NCBI GenBank assembly: GCA_964016885.1
Contig: OZ024742.1
Span: forward strand, 43,958,001 to 44,022,000
Origin: Eledone cirrhosa
Lineage: Eukaryota
Direction of reading: 5' to 3'
Length of the DNA stretch: 64,000 nucleotides
Shown: in pieces, positions 39,811 through 53,537 of the stretch
Numbering within the stretch: the stretch's first letter is position 1
Layout of the letters: each line of letters begins with the position of its first letter
Notes under the pieces: generated by a model
Seen by the model: only the letters and a program-made list of their open reading frames with translations
Told to the model about the DNA's origin: nothing
The model's database searches: none
Position numbers and translations under genes: made by a program

Positions 39811-40026
39811 AATCGCCTGGAACTGCCCAAGGTTTTATGATGCATAACTGCTTATTTTAAAGTGGTTATAGTTATCTTAAAAACCTTCCGGCATAATAAA
39901 GGGACTATGAACTGTTTTTAGATATTTTCTGCTAAGTCAGAGGGTGTTATGAGTTGTTGATAATAATCTAGTTGCCCATGCCCAGTCCTTGCAAAGTCCA
40001 GGATTATCCGCTGACATGATTTAGTT
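39811..40026 (+). repeat. Left arm of a locus-specific inverted duplication (partner 43028-43262)
   Basis: Manual alignment gives about 10 substitutions and a few indels over ~215 bp. Confidence 0.9.
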
Positions 40027-40129
40027 GGCAGTTGTTATATACCAACTAAATAAAGTCTTTACTATAAACTTCAGTCATCCCAACACTTGTCAGTGAAGCT
40101 GGGTTGACCAAAAACTTTGTGAAAACATA

Positions 40130-40425
40130 TTGAATGGATTATGCCTGGGCATTTTTATCATGGCAACAGCACTATTGCCTTACAGTGTGGTCTGGGTATT
40201 TTTATCGTGGCACCAGCACTGTCACCTTACATTGTGGACTAGGCATTATTATTGTGGCACCAGCACTACCGCCTCACAGTGTGGGTTAGGCATTATTATT
40301 GTGGCACCAGCACCTCAACTTTACAGAGGGGACTGGGTATTTTTATCGTAGCACCAGCATTACTACCACCTTACAGTGTGGACTGGGTATTTTTATCATG
40401 GCACCAGCATTACAACTTTACAGAG
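40130..40425. repeat. Degenerate ~48-bp tandem array (gtggcaccagcactac..ttacagtgtggactgggtatttttat)
   Basis: About six units. Similar arrays at 31020-31210, 34960-35190 and 50745-50860; related to the RTE/SINE 3' region. Confidence 0.8.
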
Positions 40426-40480
40426 TTCATCATTATGAATCCTCATTCATATTATTTTTGTTTTGTTTTTTTCATTTTAG

Positions 40481-40656
40481 GATATAATTCGGCTGGTTGT
40501 TGGTCGTCTGAATGTGAGTGAGTCATATTATTCCCGATGCTATGCTCTGAAGTTGGTACATACACAATCACGAGAGAGTCATTGGTTGCATAATGATCTG
40601 ACAATGTTCCAAGTTCAAGAGAAATACAATCTGAAACATCCTATTGAAGTTTGGAG
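40481..40656 (+). CDS. PTK2: FAK exon B (FERM F1: DIIRLVVGRLNVSESYYSRCYALKLVHTQSRESHWLHNDLTMFQVQEKYNLKHPIEVWR)
   Basis: ttttag|GAT acceptor, AG|gtaaag donor, 176 nt, phase 0 to 2. HWLH.DL and EKY motifs of the FAK F1 lobe. Not in the ORF track. Confidence 0.93.
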
Positions 40657-41806
40657 GTAAAGACTTATTTCTTGTCTTCTGCTGTTTTTTATTTTAATTT
40701 TTTTAAATTATTATTGTTATTTACATAGTAAAAATTGTAAACAAATATTTCTATGATGACATTTTAACTTTGTTAAAATAACAGAAACCACTTCATTGTC
40801 ACCTCTGTCACCATTTTTGCCATCTTCATTACCATCATCATCATCATCATCATCATCATCACCACCATTTTTTTTTAAAAAGTAAGTTACTGAGCTACAG
40901 GACCTTTGTTTATGCAGGACATAAACAAACATCGCTACTGGCAGTGTGAAATGCTAAGTGAAGAAACCTTAACAAACTCACACTCACACATAACACATGA
41001 GGTTAGGGTGTGGGACTGTAACCAATATGGCTTTCTCTCACAATATCTCTCTGTATCACTCTCTCCCTCTCTACATAAATATGTATATATATATATCATC
41101 ATCATCATCGTTTAACGTCCATTTTCCACGCTAGCAGGAGTAGGATGGGCTGTTCCTTTGTGGTCAGAGGACCGAATTTTGCAGGGCTGATTTTGACTTG
41201 GTTTTTACGGCTGGATGCTCTTCCTAATACCAACCACATTTATAGTGTGTGCTGGGTGCTTTTTGTCGTATTACATCAAGACCACTTATATATATAATTC
41301 AAAATCTGACCACACTTGACATGGACAGATGGTGTACAAATCCTATTATCGCAGAGATGATGCCACTTTTGGTGCATTAAAAACGGAATTGTTCACTCCT
41401 ATGCACCAAGGATTGTAACACAGGAAGACAATATGACAACATAAGTAAATATGCTAGTGCCATGAGAAAATGTACCCAGTCAACTCTGTAGTGTCCATGC
41501 TGGTGTCACAACAAAAAGCACCCAGTCCATCCTGAAAAATGACTGTGACTGCATTGAAAAAAAGCTCCTAGTACAGTCAAAGTGGTTAGCATTAGAAAGG
41601 ACATCCAACCATAGAAAACCAAGCCAAAAATAGAACATTTGAGCAAGATATGGTCACCTGACCTGTCTAACCTCATAACATGACAACCCCACTAACCCAT
41701 GTAAGCATGGACAATAAACAACAGTAATGATGAATGATGATGAATAATGATGGATGATGATGATGATTGTATATCTGTATATTTCATTTTTTTGTTTTTG
41801 TTTCAG

Positions 41807-41894
41807 ATTTGAACTACGGGTACGTTACATGCCCGTTTCCTACAAAGATCTCCATCTCAAGGATAAAGTTACATTTGACTACCTCTATGATCAG
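41807..41894 (+). CDS. PTK2: FAK exon C (FELRVRYMPVSYKDLHLKDKVTFDYLYDQ)
   Basis: tttcag|A acceptor, CAG|gtatgt donor, 88 nt, phase 2 to 0. Matches FAK YELRIRYLP...FFYQQ. Confidence 0.94.
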
Positions 41895-42189
41895 GTATGT
41901 TACTTTTTGTATTCTTTTACTGTTTTCCACCATATTGGACTGTTGTATACTGCCTGACACACAAATACTCTTTTTACTGATGAAAGAAACAAAGAAAGCT
42001 GATACGTAGATCAGAACAAGGAAACAATATCTCCGTTGGTCTTTTCAATGCAGCTACTGTCTGGTGGTTTCAGCTCCTGGCAGAAACATCACCAGTTTGT
42101 ATAGTGACAAGAGGTGGGGATTGAACTCAGAACACACTGTCAGAACAGATACCGCAAAGCATCCTATAGGCCTCTGTAGCACAGTAAGC

Positions 42190-42490
42190 TAGGCGGCAAA
42201 TTGGTAGAGTTGTTAGAACGTTGGATTGAATGTTTTATGGTACTTGTTCTGGCTCTCTGCTCTCCGAGTTCAAATCCCACCGAGGTCAACTTTGCCTTTC
42301 GTCCTTTTGAGGTCAATAAAAAAAGTACTAGTCTAGTACTGGGATCGATTCTTCCTCTCTCTTGAAGAAATCTGCCTTGAGAGGAATGTGCTCCAACAGG
42401 CTTAAAATGCTCAAGAAACGCTATATGTACAGTACCCTACGACCCTATCAGGAGTTACGGGACCATACAATACAGCAGCGTGTCAGTCTC
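42190..42490 (+). mobile_element. S2 SINE variant
   Basis: tRNA-like head, gagttcaaatcc B box, gaggtcaactttgcctttc core, alternative tail. Confidence 0.7.
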
Positions 42491-43027
42491 ATAATCCATA
42501 TAGGGTCAGTGGTTATCTCTTTTTTTTTTTCTATAGCTTTAGTCAGATGTGAGTTGAATCTCTACCTAAATATGAAGGTTGGACAAACCTGATTTTCTTT
42601 ACTGTTCCCTCAAGAGGAATTGAACTTAGCTCTTCATTGTTATAGTGTTGCTGTTGTTCCTTCTATTTAGAGTTGTGTACATATCTCATGATAAACACAT
42701 AAATTTAGATATCATATATCTCATAGTCCATCTACTCCTAGTTAGATGTAGTTTCATAGTACACACATGAAGCTAGAGGCACTATATATTTCATAGCCCA
42801 TCTACCTATAACCAGGTGTACTATATGTTTCATGGTACACTTACATGAAGCTAAAGCTACTGTATAAGGTGTACGATGTCTCATCGTCCACTTACAGCTA
42901 AGTGAACTGGACTTATACTCAAGTACATATTTATATAACATACATATCATCATCATCATCATCGTTTAACGTCTATCTTCCACGCTAGCATGGGTTTAGA
43001 CATACATAGATAGCTCTACCATACATA

Positions 43028-43262
43028 TCAGCTAAAGATGTCAGTGGATAAACCTGGACTTTGCAAGGACTGGGCAATGGGGAACTAGATTATTATTATG
43101 TTAGTATTATCAACAACTCATAACACCCTGTAATGACTTGGCAGAAAATATCTAAAAACAGTTTATAGTCCCTTTATTATGCCGGAAGGTTTTTAAGATA
43201 ACTATAACCACTTTAAAATAGGCAGTTATATATCATAAAACCTTGGGCAGTTCCAGGCGATT
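43028..43262 (-). repeat. Right arm of the inverted duplication
   Basis: Reverse complement of 39811-40026, with a short AT-rich insertion. Confidence 0.9.
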
Positions 43263-44207
43263 TTATATTAAAAGGGTTAACCATTTAATGATCATATTTC
43301 TAATGAAATACACTATTTCAATTAATGAAGAAATTTGAGGGATTTACTAAAATTATTATTTAATTAGTAAGATAGTAACTTAACATATTATTCTTATACA
43401 AAATTGTTGAAAGATTTTTATTTAAATAACCTCTTTAAAATTGGTGATTTTGTTTCATAGAACGAGAGCCAGTTCTGGCCGAGATGGTATCAAAGGTTTT
43501 TTTAAAAACTATTTTCACTTGTCTGTACGGTGGTTGTTAATTGACAAAACAATGCCAAAACTCCTCAGTCTTTATCAATCTGTGATAAAAGATTCTGCTT
43601 CAAAATCGTTATATAACTCTTGTCACTTCATTATGGCAATCTAACGTAAACCCATATTTTTTTTTACACATATAATAATATTCCGACACCATCCCAAATG
43701 AGAGGTATTAACTCTCTCACTTATCTCACATAGATCGTTACATACAATACTCTGAACGGTGGTGGTAATGGAGGCGGGGTGAGATACTGTATATGTGGGG
43801 AGAATGGTTTAGTGATTTATTACGTTAGATATCGAGTGGAATGGTATGGTAGGGGACGTGGGAGAAAGGGTTGCCTGTATGACTAAAAGTTTTTCCCTGA
43901 GTGAGTCATTTCCATAACGAAAGCTTTTACAAAGGTCTGACTCAGTTATCTCCCTTGTAGTGTGTGCATACATAAATGTGTGTGTGTATGTATGTTTGTG
44001 TGTATATATAAGGGTGGGAATAGGATTCACGCCTTTGTCTTCTATAAGATGTAATAGATAAATAATTAGATAGGTAGGGACGTGTGTGCGTGTATACGCA
44101 AAAGCGTGTGAATATGTACATAAATGTTTGCATAAGCAAACGTGTGTATATGTACATAAATGTTTGCATAAGCAAACGTGTGTACATGTTTGTGTATTAT
44201 CAACATC

Positions 44208-44464
<257 letters not shown>

Positions 44465-44974
44465 CTTTACATAGGGGTAGGCAAGTGTGTATATGAGATC
44501 AGGTGTGACTCAGAAATATCTGCGAGCTGCTTTTCATGAGTAATTCTTCGGTTGTTGTCCTTCTTTGTTTTGTTAACATATTCCCCCATGCAGCTGGGAG
44601 ATGTTGAGAATGGATCTGGTCATTTCTGCCTTTGTCAATAATGTCATATCAACATATACACTCACACATATGTACATGTACACTCACACACTTATGAACA
44701 TGTACATATATATTCACACACTTATGTACATTACACTCACACACACATACTCACACTTATGTACATATACACTCACACACACACATATAATATATATATA
44801 TATATATACAATGATATTAAATAAATGGAAACTATATTTATAAAACTGGTTTTATAAATATAGTTTCCATTTAATATCATTGAATATTTACTCCAGTTAC
44901 TTGTTGAGTGCTCTAAATCAATTATAAACATTTATGTTTGTCGGACTTCCAACAAATTAAATGCAACTTCTACT

Positions 44975-45642
44975 TCATCATCATCATCATCATCAACGTT
45001 TAACGTCCGTGTTCCACGCTTGCATGGGTTTGGACGGGGGTAGTCCCACTTGAGGCAAGAGTGATTGTCTTGCTCGCATAGGACTGTCTGGCAGGTTTTC
45101 TACAGTTGGATGCCCTTCCTAACACCAACCACATTTACAGTGTGGGTCTGGGAGGTTTTTACCGTGTTGCCTACACGGCCACATTACAGCGTGGACTGTG
45201 TGTTTTTTTGTCGTGACACCTACACGATCTCATTTGTTTCGGCCTCGAAGGCGCGGCACCAACATAACTTTACATAGAACGGGGTGGTGTGGATCGGGTG
45301 GGGGTGGGGGTGGTGGGACGGGGTGTATTTTGTTAGAGATGCCTACTGGCTGGAGTAGGTTTTACTATATATTTAGGTAAGGCGGGTCTTCTCTGTTACT
45401 GAGTACCGCCAAAGGTCTCGGTCCAGTGACATTGTCTTGGAGAGGTGTAAGTGTGTGATGTCGGAGTTTATCAGCTCGTCCCAGGTTTTTCTAGGTCTGC
45501 CTATTCCGTGACTACCGTCTATCTTTATTGCCCTGCACTTTGTTATACAGCTATCGACTTTCATGCGCATCACGTGTCCATACCAACGTAGCCTTCTCTC
45601 GAGTAAACAACATCTGATCCCTCTTATCTCTAATTTTTTCCT

Positions 45643-45647
<5 letters not shown>
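44975..45647 (-). mobile_element. RTE family 1 subfamily A, 3' end
   Basis: RRLRWYGHVMR...EKTRLT*; near-identical to 35452-35998; its 5' end abuts (TA)n. Confidence 0.92.
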
Positions 45648-45680
<33 letters not shown>

Positions 45681-46084
45681 TCATCATCGTTTAACGTCTA
45701 TCTTCCACGCTAGCATGGGTTTAGACGGGAATTGTCCCAAGTGAGGCAAGATTGGTTGTCTTGCTCGTATAGGACTGTCTGGCGGGTTTTCTACGACTGG
45801 ATGCCCTTCCTAACACCAACCACGTTTACAGTGTGTACTGGTGTTAGGAAGGTATATATTTTTTTCCTGACGCTTGTACATTACCCTATGTACTATACAT
45901 ACACTTTTGATGAGTTGTAGTGCATCTGAGCACTGTACACAATATTTTCATTATTATCATTATTATATATATATATATATGACCAGGACATGGCAGCGAT
46001 AATGAGGGACAGAGACCGCTGGAGAAAACTCGTCCATGGATCTCGGGAATTTTACCCGCCTTAGATAGATAGATATATATATAC

Positions 46085-46864
46085 ATACATATATTACGCA
46101 CACTTATGTGCATACACACACTTATCTGCATACACATTTGTGCATACTCACACACACTTATCTGCATATATACACTCACAAACTTGTGTGCATATACACT
46201 CACTTATATGCATATACACTCACACACTTATGTGCATATATTCACATACTTATGCACATACACACACACACACACTTATATACATACACACACACTTATA
46301 CACACACACACTTATGTACACACACACACACACACTTTTGTACATACACACAAAATGGACGTTAAACGATGACAATGATGATGACACACTTACGAACACA
46401 CTCACTTACACATGTACATACACATGCTTATGCCCATATACGTGTACACACATTTATATTCATTCATGTTTTCCTATGCTCATATTCAACACGTTTACAC
46501 ATCTTCTCATAGTTTCATTCACACACATACACACACAAGTGCACGCACACATTCACACTATCTCTTTCCCATGTGCACACATACATACGCACTACTAATT
46601 CATTTTGTGTGTACATAGACTCTCAAACACACACACACACACACACACCATCTCTATCTCTCCCATACACTCTGTCACAACATACTCTATCACTCATGCA
46701 TGTGTACACACACACACACCGTCTCTCTCACACACACACACACACACACCGTCTCACACACACACACACACACCGTCTCACACATATACATACTTCGTCT
46801 CTCACACACACATACTTCGTCTCACACATATACATACTTCGTCTCTCACACACACATACTTCGT

Positions 46865-46899
<35 letters not shown>

Positions 46900-47060
46900 T
46901 TTGTCACACCATCACACGGACACACACACACACACATTTTATCACACATACACAATTTCACATAGACATTCTCTCTCTGCCACATACTCACACATACACA
47001 CTCTCACATACATACTCTGTCACACTGCCGCACACTCACACATACACACTCTCTCTCATA
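46085..47060. repeat. (CA)n-rich low-complexity region
   Basis: Direct inspection. Confidence 0.9.
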
Positions 47061-47509
47061 CAGTTTCTACTCTACAAAGCTGCTGTCACTAGGCCAACAA
47101 AAGTTGTAAACTAGTTAACCAACTTATCAGTCCATTGAGATATAATTGATTTCTAGTTTCTTATGTAGCTATATATGGTTGGTGGGGGGACAGTGATGGA
47201 AATGTTTATACCTTTGTCTTTCTCATGTAATACTTAAATAACTACAGGGGGATAGATGACCACACATAAGTAAATAGCAGACCTGCCAACCTCTAAAAGC
47301 CCAAACAGGGAGTACCAAAATGAGATTTTACATAATGAAAGCTGTACCCATTTTCACAAGAGAAGACATCTCTCATCCACCCCAAAGTGTATGGGAGATC
47401 TCTCCATTGAATGGGGAGAGTTGACAGGTCTGAAATAGATACACATACGCATATTGTAGTGCACCTGATCACTGTACACAATAATTTTCATTATTATTAT
47501 TATTATTAT

Positions 47510-49904
47510 CTACTCGATCCCAAGCAGATGTGTGCGGCTTTTCAGCGACACTTTGCTCAGTTGTTCGGGGGCAGCAGCGGGCCAGATCGTGCGATGGACT
47601 TTAGTGCCTATCTCGACGGACTGCCGCGGCTCTCGGCCATTGAAATAGCGTGTTGCGAATAGCCGATAACAGCTGCTGAAGTATGGGAGGCAATGACTGG
47701 CTGTACAATGAGTAAATCGCCTGGTTTGGATGGTCTGCCCTACGAACTTCACGTACATATGCCAGACTTGTTCGGAGACCTCTTGGCAGACGTCTACTGC
47801 AACTGGCAGCAGAACGGGAGAATTCCGAATTCCCAGCTCTGAGAGCCGAGGAGAAAGGATCCGAACAAAGGGGATAACATAGATAATTTCAGGCCCATAA
47901 CTCTGCTAAACACAGTTCAAGATTTTGGCTAAGGTGCTAGCAAAGAGGTTGGTGCTTGTTGTCAGTGGGAGAGGCGCAGACATGCGCCATTCCAGACAGA
48001 TCCATCCACAACAACCTCCACTTCATGCGATGCGTCTTGGAGAGGGTAGCTAGGGAACACCGCACAGGTGGGTCTTTGATCAATTTAGATCGGTTGAAAG
48101 CTTTCGATAGGGTCAACCATCGTTATCTGGCGGCAGTCCTGAGGGTGGCTGGCTTTGGGTCTATCTTCAGAGGCTGGATTGCTGCCATGCATGACGACAT
48201 CTGCTCTGTGGTGAGAGTGAACGGTCACCTTTCAGAACCGTTAAACATCATGCGCTCGGTCCGCCAAGGATGTCTTCTCTCATCCCTGTTGTACGTATTG
48301 ACTCTCGAGCCATTACTGCACAAACTGGAGACGTTGAGGGGTGTCCCGCGTGAACTAGGATGTGGAAGAACCATGTCAGCATATGCAGACGTCACCGTAG
48401 TGGTGTCGAACGCCAAACATATCAAGGCGGTGACAGGAGCAATGATCAACCAAGGAAAGTCGGTGGGCCTGCAGCTCGGCACCTGGAGAGGCAGGTCCAT
48501 GCCATCCAACAACGTCGTCGGGCGCTGGACGGACGGATGGACTGGTTAAATTGCTAGGGGTCTGGTTCGGTCCAGACCTCCATACGAACAAAAACTGGGA
48601 CGAGGTGACGAGCAGGGTGGCCTCTCTCACCCAGAAATGGGCCGAGAGGAAGCTATCCCTGAAAGGTCGAGCGGAGGTGGCGAACGTGTACATAGCATCC
48701 GTCATCTACTACTGCCTGACTGAGCTGGAGCATTTGATCTTTCGCTCTTTGTGGAGGGGACGCGCTCCGATAGTCAGGCGGTCCACCCGCTACGCGGAGG
48801 GCTGGGCACGCCGTGACTGATAATGCGCTCAGGCTACTGCATCTCCACCTCTTCCTCGGCGGTGATCAGGTGTGGTCGCCCTTGCTAGATGCTTGTTTCC
48901 CCAGCTCATCTCCTTGACGGAGCTGCAGTACTGGGTGAAGCGAAAACCAAGAGGGAGCATGTGGAGACTGGAATGTCTTCAGGCGCTTACAGCCCTCGAC
49001 CAGTCGGGCAATGCGATCGGTGGAAACTCCACCTTGGCATTCTATAGAGGATTAGTGGAGGGAAAGAGCGATGACGTCCTTGGGTCGACTCTGGACGTTA
49101 ACGAAAATCAACTAGCCAATTCTCTTCAGGAGAACTTTCGGGCCAGGGCCCATAGACAGCTTCCAGAAATCCCTGGCCTGGCAGTGCTACCGAGGAGCCT
49201 TGCCAGTTCGGGATAAACTCTATAGGCATGGAAGTGCCATCAGCCGGGCCTGTCCGAGATGTGCGCAGGGCGACGAAACCATCCTGCATGCACTCGTCCA
49301 GTGTTCGAGCATTGCATACTTGTAGGTTTATGTCGAACACCTGCTGTCGCGTGTAGGACAGATCCGGCTATCAGCTGAGTCCATCATGAGAATTGCCCCG
49401 CTGCCTTCCTTTAGCCGGGAAGGGCAGGCAGTTTTTATCTGCCTGGTGGCCATGGTAAAAGAGATTGTATGGTAGACATGTCTGAAAGGGTTGAAGATGG
49501 GTACTTTCCTCTTCGGTGACGCCCTCATTAACTTTTTCAGGTTTCACCTGAAAATGTAAATCTGGGTGGAGCCAGTTTGTTGAATGGTGGGTGAGAGAGG
49601 CAAGAATGGCCCGTGTGAATGGGCCTACCCTGAGCGTGTGCCTGTAGTATTGTAGGAGAAAAACTGGAAGAGGCCGCTTGCCCTGGCGGTCAGGGTAACC
49701 GTGCCTTTTTTTGTGGGCTTTCTCCACGAGCGACTTTTGGAAGTCTCCTCCCTATTGGGGAATTTTTCATTGTTTCTTTTTTTTTTGTTACATCCTCTGT
49801 TTTTGTTTTTTTTACACGCAGAAATGCCCATTTGTACCGTCTTGTGTTGTCCTTAATGTTATACTTTGTGTCAACCCTTGTGGTTAATAAAGAAAGCATT
49901 ATTA
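47510..49904 (+). mobile_element. 5'-truncated Tx1/L1-clade LINE (disabled ORF2)
   Basis: KSPGLDGLP, NFRPITLLN, KAFDRVNH, SVRQGC, AYAD, LGVWFG, LSLKGR and a C-terminal CPRC...ETILHALVQC knuckle; T-rich 3'UTR, AATAAA, (ATT)n. GC-richer than the host DNA. Confidence 0.88.
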
Positions 49905-50372
49905 TTAGCAGAAAACCACCCTTAAGGTGGTTTTCTGCTAGCATGTGTAGTGTGTATATTGATATTATACACAAATATATAAACATGTAGATATGATACA
50001 TCAAATAAAATCGTAATTGACAATATACACAGAAATTGAACGAAGACTGTGTTACACTCTCTTATGTAATCCATGATACATTTAAAAAAGATGATATTAT
50101 ATATAAACTGCATTAGAAGAAAATTAGGGACGGAAATATATGTGATATTATTTATAAGTGTTATAATATAACGGCCGCTAACTGGAAGTGTTGACATTTG
50201 AAAATGAATTCTTAAATAAGCTATAAAATAAATCTAATCAACAGCCACGAAATTTAGCACATAAATTATGTAATATTCATTATTTATTCAAAGTAATCCA
50301 ACTTATTTTACAAACGGTAAAAAAATATATTCTGGATGCAGTCCCGCACTCCTTACTTTATTATAGTTTAGA
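49905..50372 (-). mobile_element. Non-autonomous Helitron (copy 2)
   Basis: Homologous to 23261-23723; perfect 15-bp stem tagcagaaaaccacc/ggtggttttctgcta at the 3' end; 5' A|TC. Confidence 0.85.
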
Positions 50373-50585
50373 TTGGCAGTATTGGTAGAGTCGGACACCA
50401 TGCTTTGCAGCAAAGAGTTACGTCCCTTTATGGTCTGAGTTCAAATCCCGCCGAGGTTAACTTGGCCTTTCATCCTTACGGGGTCGATAAAATAAAGTAC
50501 CAGTCACGCACTGGGGTCAATTTCATCGACTCCCCACCCCCCAAATTGCAGGCCTTGTGCCTAAATAAGAAACCATTATTATTAT
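50373..50585 (+). mobile_element. tRNA-derived SINE family S2 (well-preserved copy)
   Basis: B box gagttcaaatcc, core gccttt.catcct..cggggtcgataaaataaagtaccagt, tail ggccttgtgcc...(att)n. More than ten degraded copies in the window. Confidence 0.82.
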
Positions 50586-51013
50586 CTCTATCTCTCCCTT
50601 TCTCTCTCATTTTCTTACTCTCTTTTTCTCTTTCCCTCTCTTTTTCTTTCCTTCTCTCTCTCTCTCTTTCCTTCTCTCTCTCTCTCTCTTTCCTTCTCTC
50701 TCACTCCTTCTCTCTCTCTCTCTACAAACACACATACGATATGACTGGAGTCTTACAAGGTAACTGGGTGCTTTTTTTTCATGGCATCAGTACAACCACC
50801 TTATAAGGTGGACTGGGTACTTTTTGTTGTGACACAAGCACGACCTTCTTACAGGGTAATCAACCTTATATATAGTTCATGGTTTGGAGTATTCTGCACA
50901 GATAGTATATTAATAAAATTTCAATACAACTAGATTTTTACATATAATTTACATAGTATTTTCATGTTTTCTGGAACACTCATCAGGTGAATGTTAACAT
51001 GGCCGCTATATCT

Positions 51014-51340
51014 ATCATCATCATCATCATCATCATACGTCCGCTTTTCCCTGCTTGCAAGGGTGGGACAGGAACTGATTCTGGCTTGATTTCTACAGCT
51101 GGATGCCCTTCCTAACACCAACCTCATTTACAGTGAGTGCTGGGTGATTTTTTGCCGTGGCACCTCCACAACCACTTTGCAGTGGAATGATAGGGACCCC
51201 AGTCCCTATCATCTCATTTCTGGAGCAATGTGAAATAAAGTGTCTTGCTCAAGGAAACAACACATCACCCGGTCTGAGAATTGAACTCACAACCTTTCGA
51301 TTGCAAGGCCAATGCTCTAACCACTAAGCCATGTGCCTTC
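51014..51340 (-). mobile_element. S1 SINE
   Basis: Reverse complement of 53538-53879 apart from one short deletion. Confidence 0.9.
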
Positions 51341-51361
51341 ATATATATATAATAATATCTA

Positions 51362-53480
51362 TAATAATAATGAAATATTGTGTACAGTGCTCAGGTGCAC
51401 TACAACTCATCAAAAAGGGTATGTATAGTATATAGGGTAATGTACAAACGTCAGGAAAATGAACAGTGCATGAGTCATGATATACACATGTGTGCATGTG
51501 TATGGAAGGGGTACATCAGGTGTAGTTTTGGCGAATTTCGGGAAGCATGAGGGTTTTAAAGGATGCAGTGTCTTGGCAGCTAACAACTGATGCAGGCGGT
51601 TTGTTCCATGCTTCAGCAACTCTGAGTGTGAAAAAATATTTACGAAAGTCATGGGAGCTGTGCTGTTTTCTGATTTTGTAGGCATGTCCATTTGTGTTAG
51701 TCACATGGAGATCAAAAAGGTACTCAGGGTTGTTGTTGGCGAGATGGTTAATAACTTTGTGGGTATTTACCAAGTCCATTGCCAGGCGTCGGAGCTTCAA
51801 TGTATCCATGCCCAGGGAAGCAAGGTGTTCAGAGTATGGTAGGTGTCTGATGGAGGGTATGCGCTTGGTTGCACGTCTCTGAACAGTTTCCAGGAGGTCA
51901 CTGTTCTGAGCAAGATAGGGGTTCCAGATTGATGATGCGAATTCCAAGTGTGGTCGTACCATAGCTGTATACAGCTTTAAATAGATGGCTGGAGAGCGGC
52001 TAACAAAGGTCTTGCTGAGTGATGCCAAGACACCCTCGGCCTTCTTGACACTCTTAGAGACATGCTTTGTCCAATGCAAATCGCTGCTGACAGTAATGCC
52101 CAGGTCACGTTCACAAGAGGACTTCTTGATATCAGTGTTGTGGAGGGAGTATGTGGACGCTGGATTTTTCCTCCCAAAATGCATGGTGGTACACTTGTCC
52201 ACAGCCAGCTTCAGTTGCCAGTCTGTGATCCATTGCTGCATTGTGTCCAGGTCTGATTGTAGAAAAGAGTTGTAGATTTCAGGATCAGTCCTTTTGATTT
52301 CAAGGTACAACTTGATGTCATCTGCATATTTCAGGACCGTGGCATTCTTTAAGTTGGCATCTATGTCATTAATATATGCTACAAACAAAAGGGCACCAAG
52401 AACAGATCCCTGTGGTACACCAGATGACATCTCATATGGTGAAGAATGCTGTCCTCGAACCGTAACTACCTCTTTTCGGCTGAGAATGAAAGATTTCAAC
52501 CACTTAAAAAGATCATCCCTCACACCCATTGCAGAGAGTTTTGCCATAAGTCTTTTGTCTGGCACAGAATTAAAAGCCTTAGCGAAGTCAAGGTAAACAA
52601 CATCCACCCATGAGCTGCTGTCAGTGATCCGGGTAATGTCTTCAAGGAACTCGATAAGCTGATCACAGCAGCTGGAGTTGGGGATAAATCCAAACTGCGA
52701 GGGCCGGATGAGGCTGTGAGAGCTCCAGAAGTTCCAAAGTGTTTCTCTGACACAGGATTCCATCAGTTTGGCAATACAGCTAGTAAGACTGACTGGACGA
52801 TAGTTGACAGGTGACGTGTGATCACCCTTTTTGAACAGGAGAATGACGCTGGCAGTTTTCCACTGTTCCGGAGTAGCACCATTGTTGAGACAGTATTGAA
52901 AAAAGAAAGAAAGCTGGTGCAAAAGGAAGTACCCGCCACATTTGAGAAGCAGGTATGCAACACCATCAAGACCAGGGGAGGCATAGTTGTGCTTATTCTT
53001 AAGGTGACGTCGCAACATTGCAGGTGTAAATTCCATAGTTCTTATGGAATTTGATGTTAGAGATGGTGGAGATGGTACATTCTGGTTTTCAACAGTAAAA
53101 ATGCTTGCACAGCACTCAGCAATGAGTTCTGCGCATTCTTTGGGATCGTCAGTGATCTGGCTTGTGTGGGGATTGCGAAGAGGACCAACTAGAGAGTGAG
53201 GTCTCTGCTTTGAATGAACATATTTCCAGAACACCTTACTGTCAGGATTGGTTGCTATGCACTGTTCAAATTCAAGCACTGCCTTTTTTGTCACTTGCTT
53301 GATATGGTTGTAAGATTTATTCCGCTTTTTTCTTTTAGCATCTGATTTATGCAGTTTATATTCCCGTTCAGCGTTCCAACGTTCTTTCCTGGCAAGTCGG
53401 ACCACTGAAGTTTCCCAAATTGCACTTTTGGGGTGGGTTTTTTTCTGCTTACGTGGCACTGATGCTGCACACGCCATCCA
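51362..53480 (-). mobile_element. 5'-truncated CR1-clade LINE with an uninterrupted RT ORF (stop at 51516)
   Basis: SPGLDG, NYRPVSLTS, QFGF, VYLDFAKAF, GVPQGSVLG, YADD, ERDLG, VRPHLE, LETVQRRAT, FFTLRV..AWN; 3'UTR ending in (ATT)n. Confidence 0.95.
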
Positions 53481-53494
53481 TATAGATATATAAA

Positions 53495-53530
<36 letters not shown>

Positions 53531-53537
53531 CACACAT

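Noticed and set aside
40130-40425. CRISPR-like array
   Set aside because: Degenerate tandem units without unique spacers, no cas genes, eukaryotic intron context.
45281-45323. G-quadruplex-like tract
   Set aside because: It is the antisense of the C-rich RTE 3'UTR present in every copy; nothing locus-specific.
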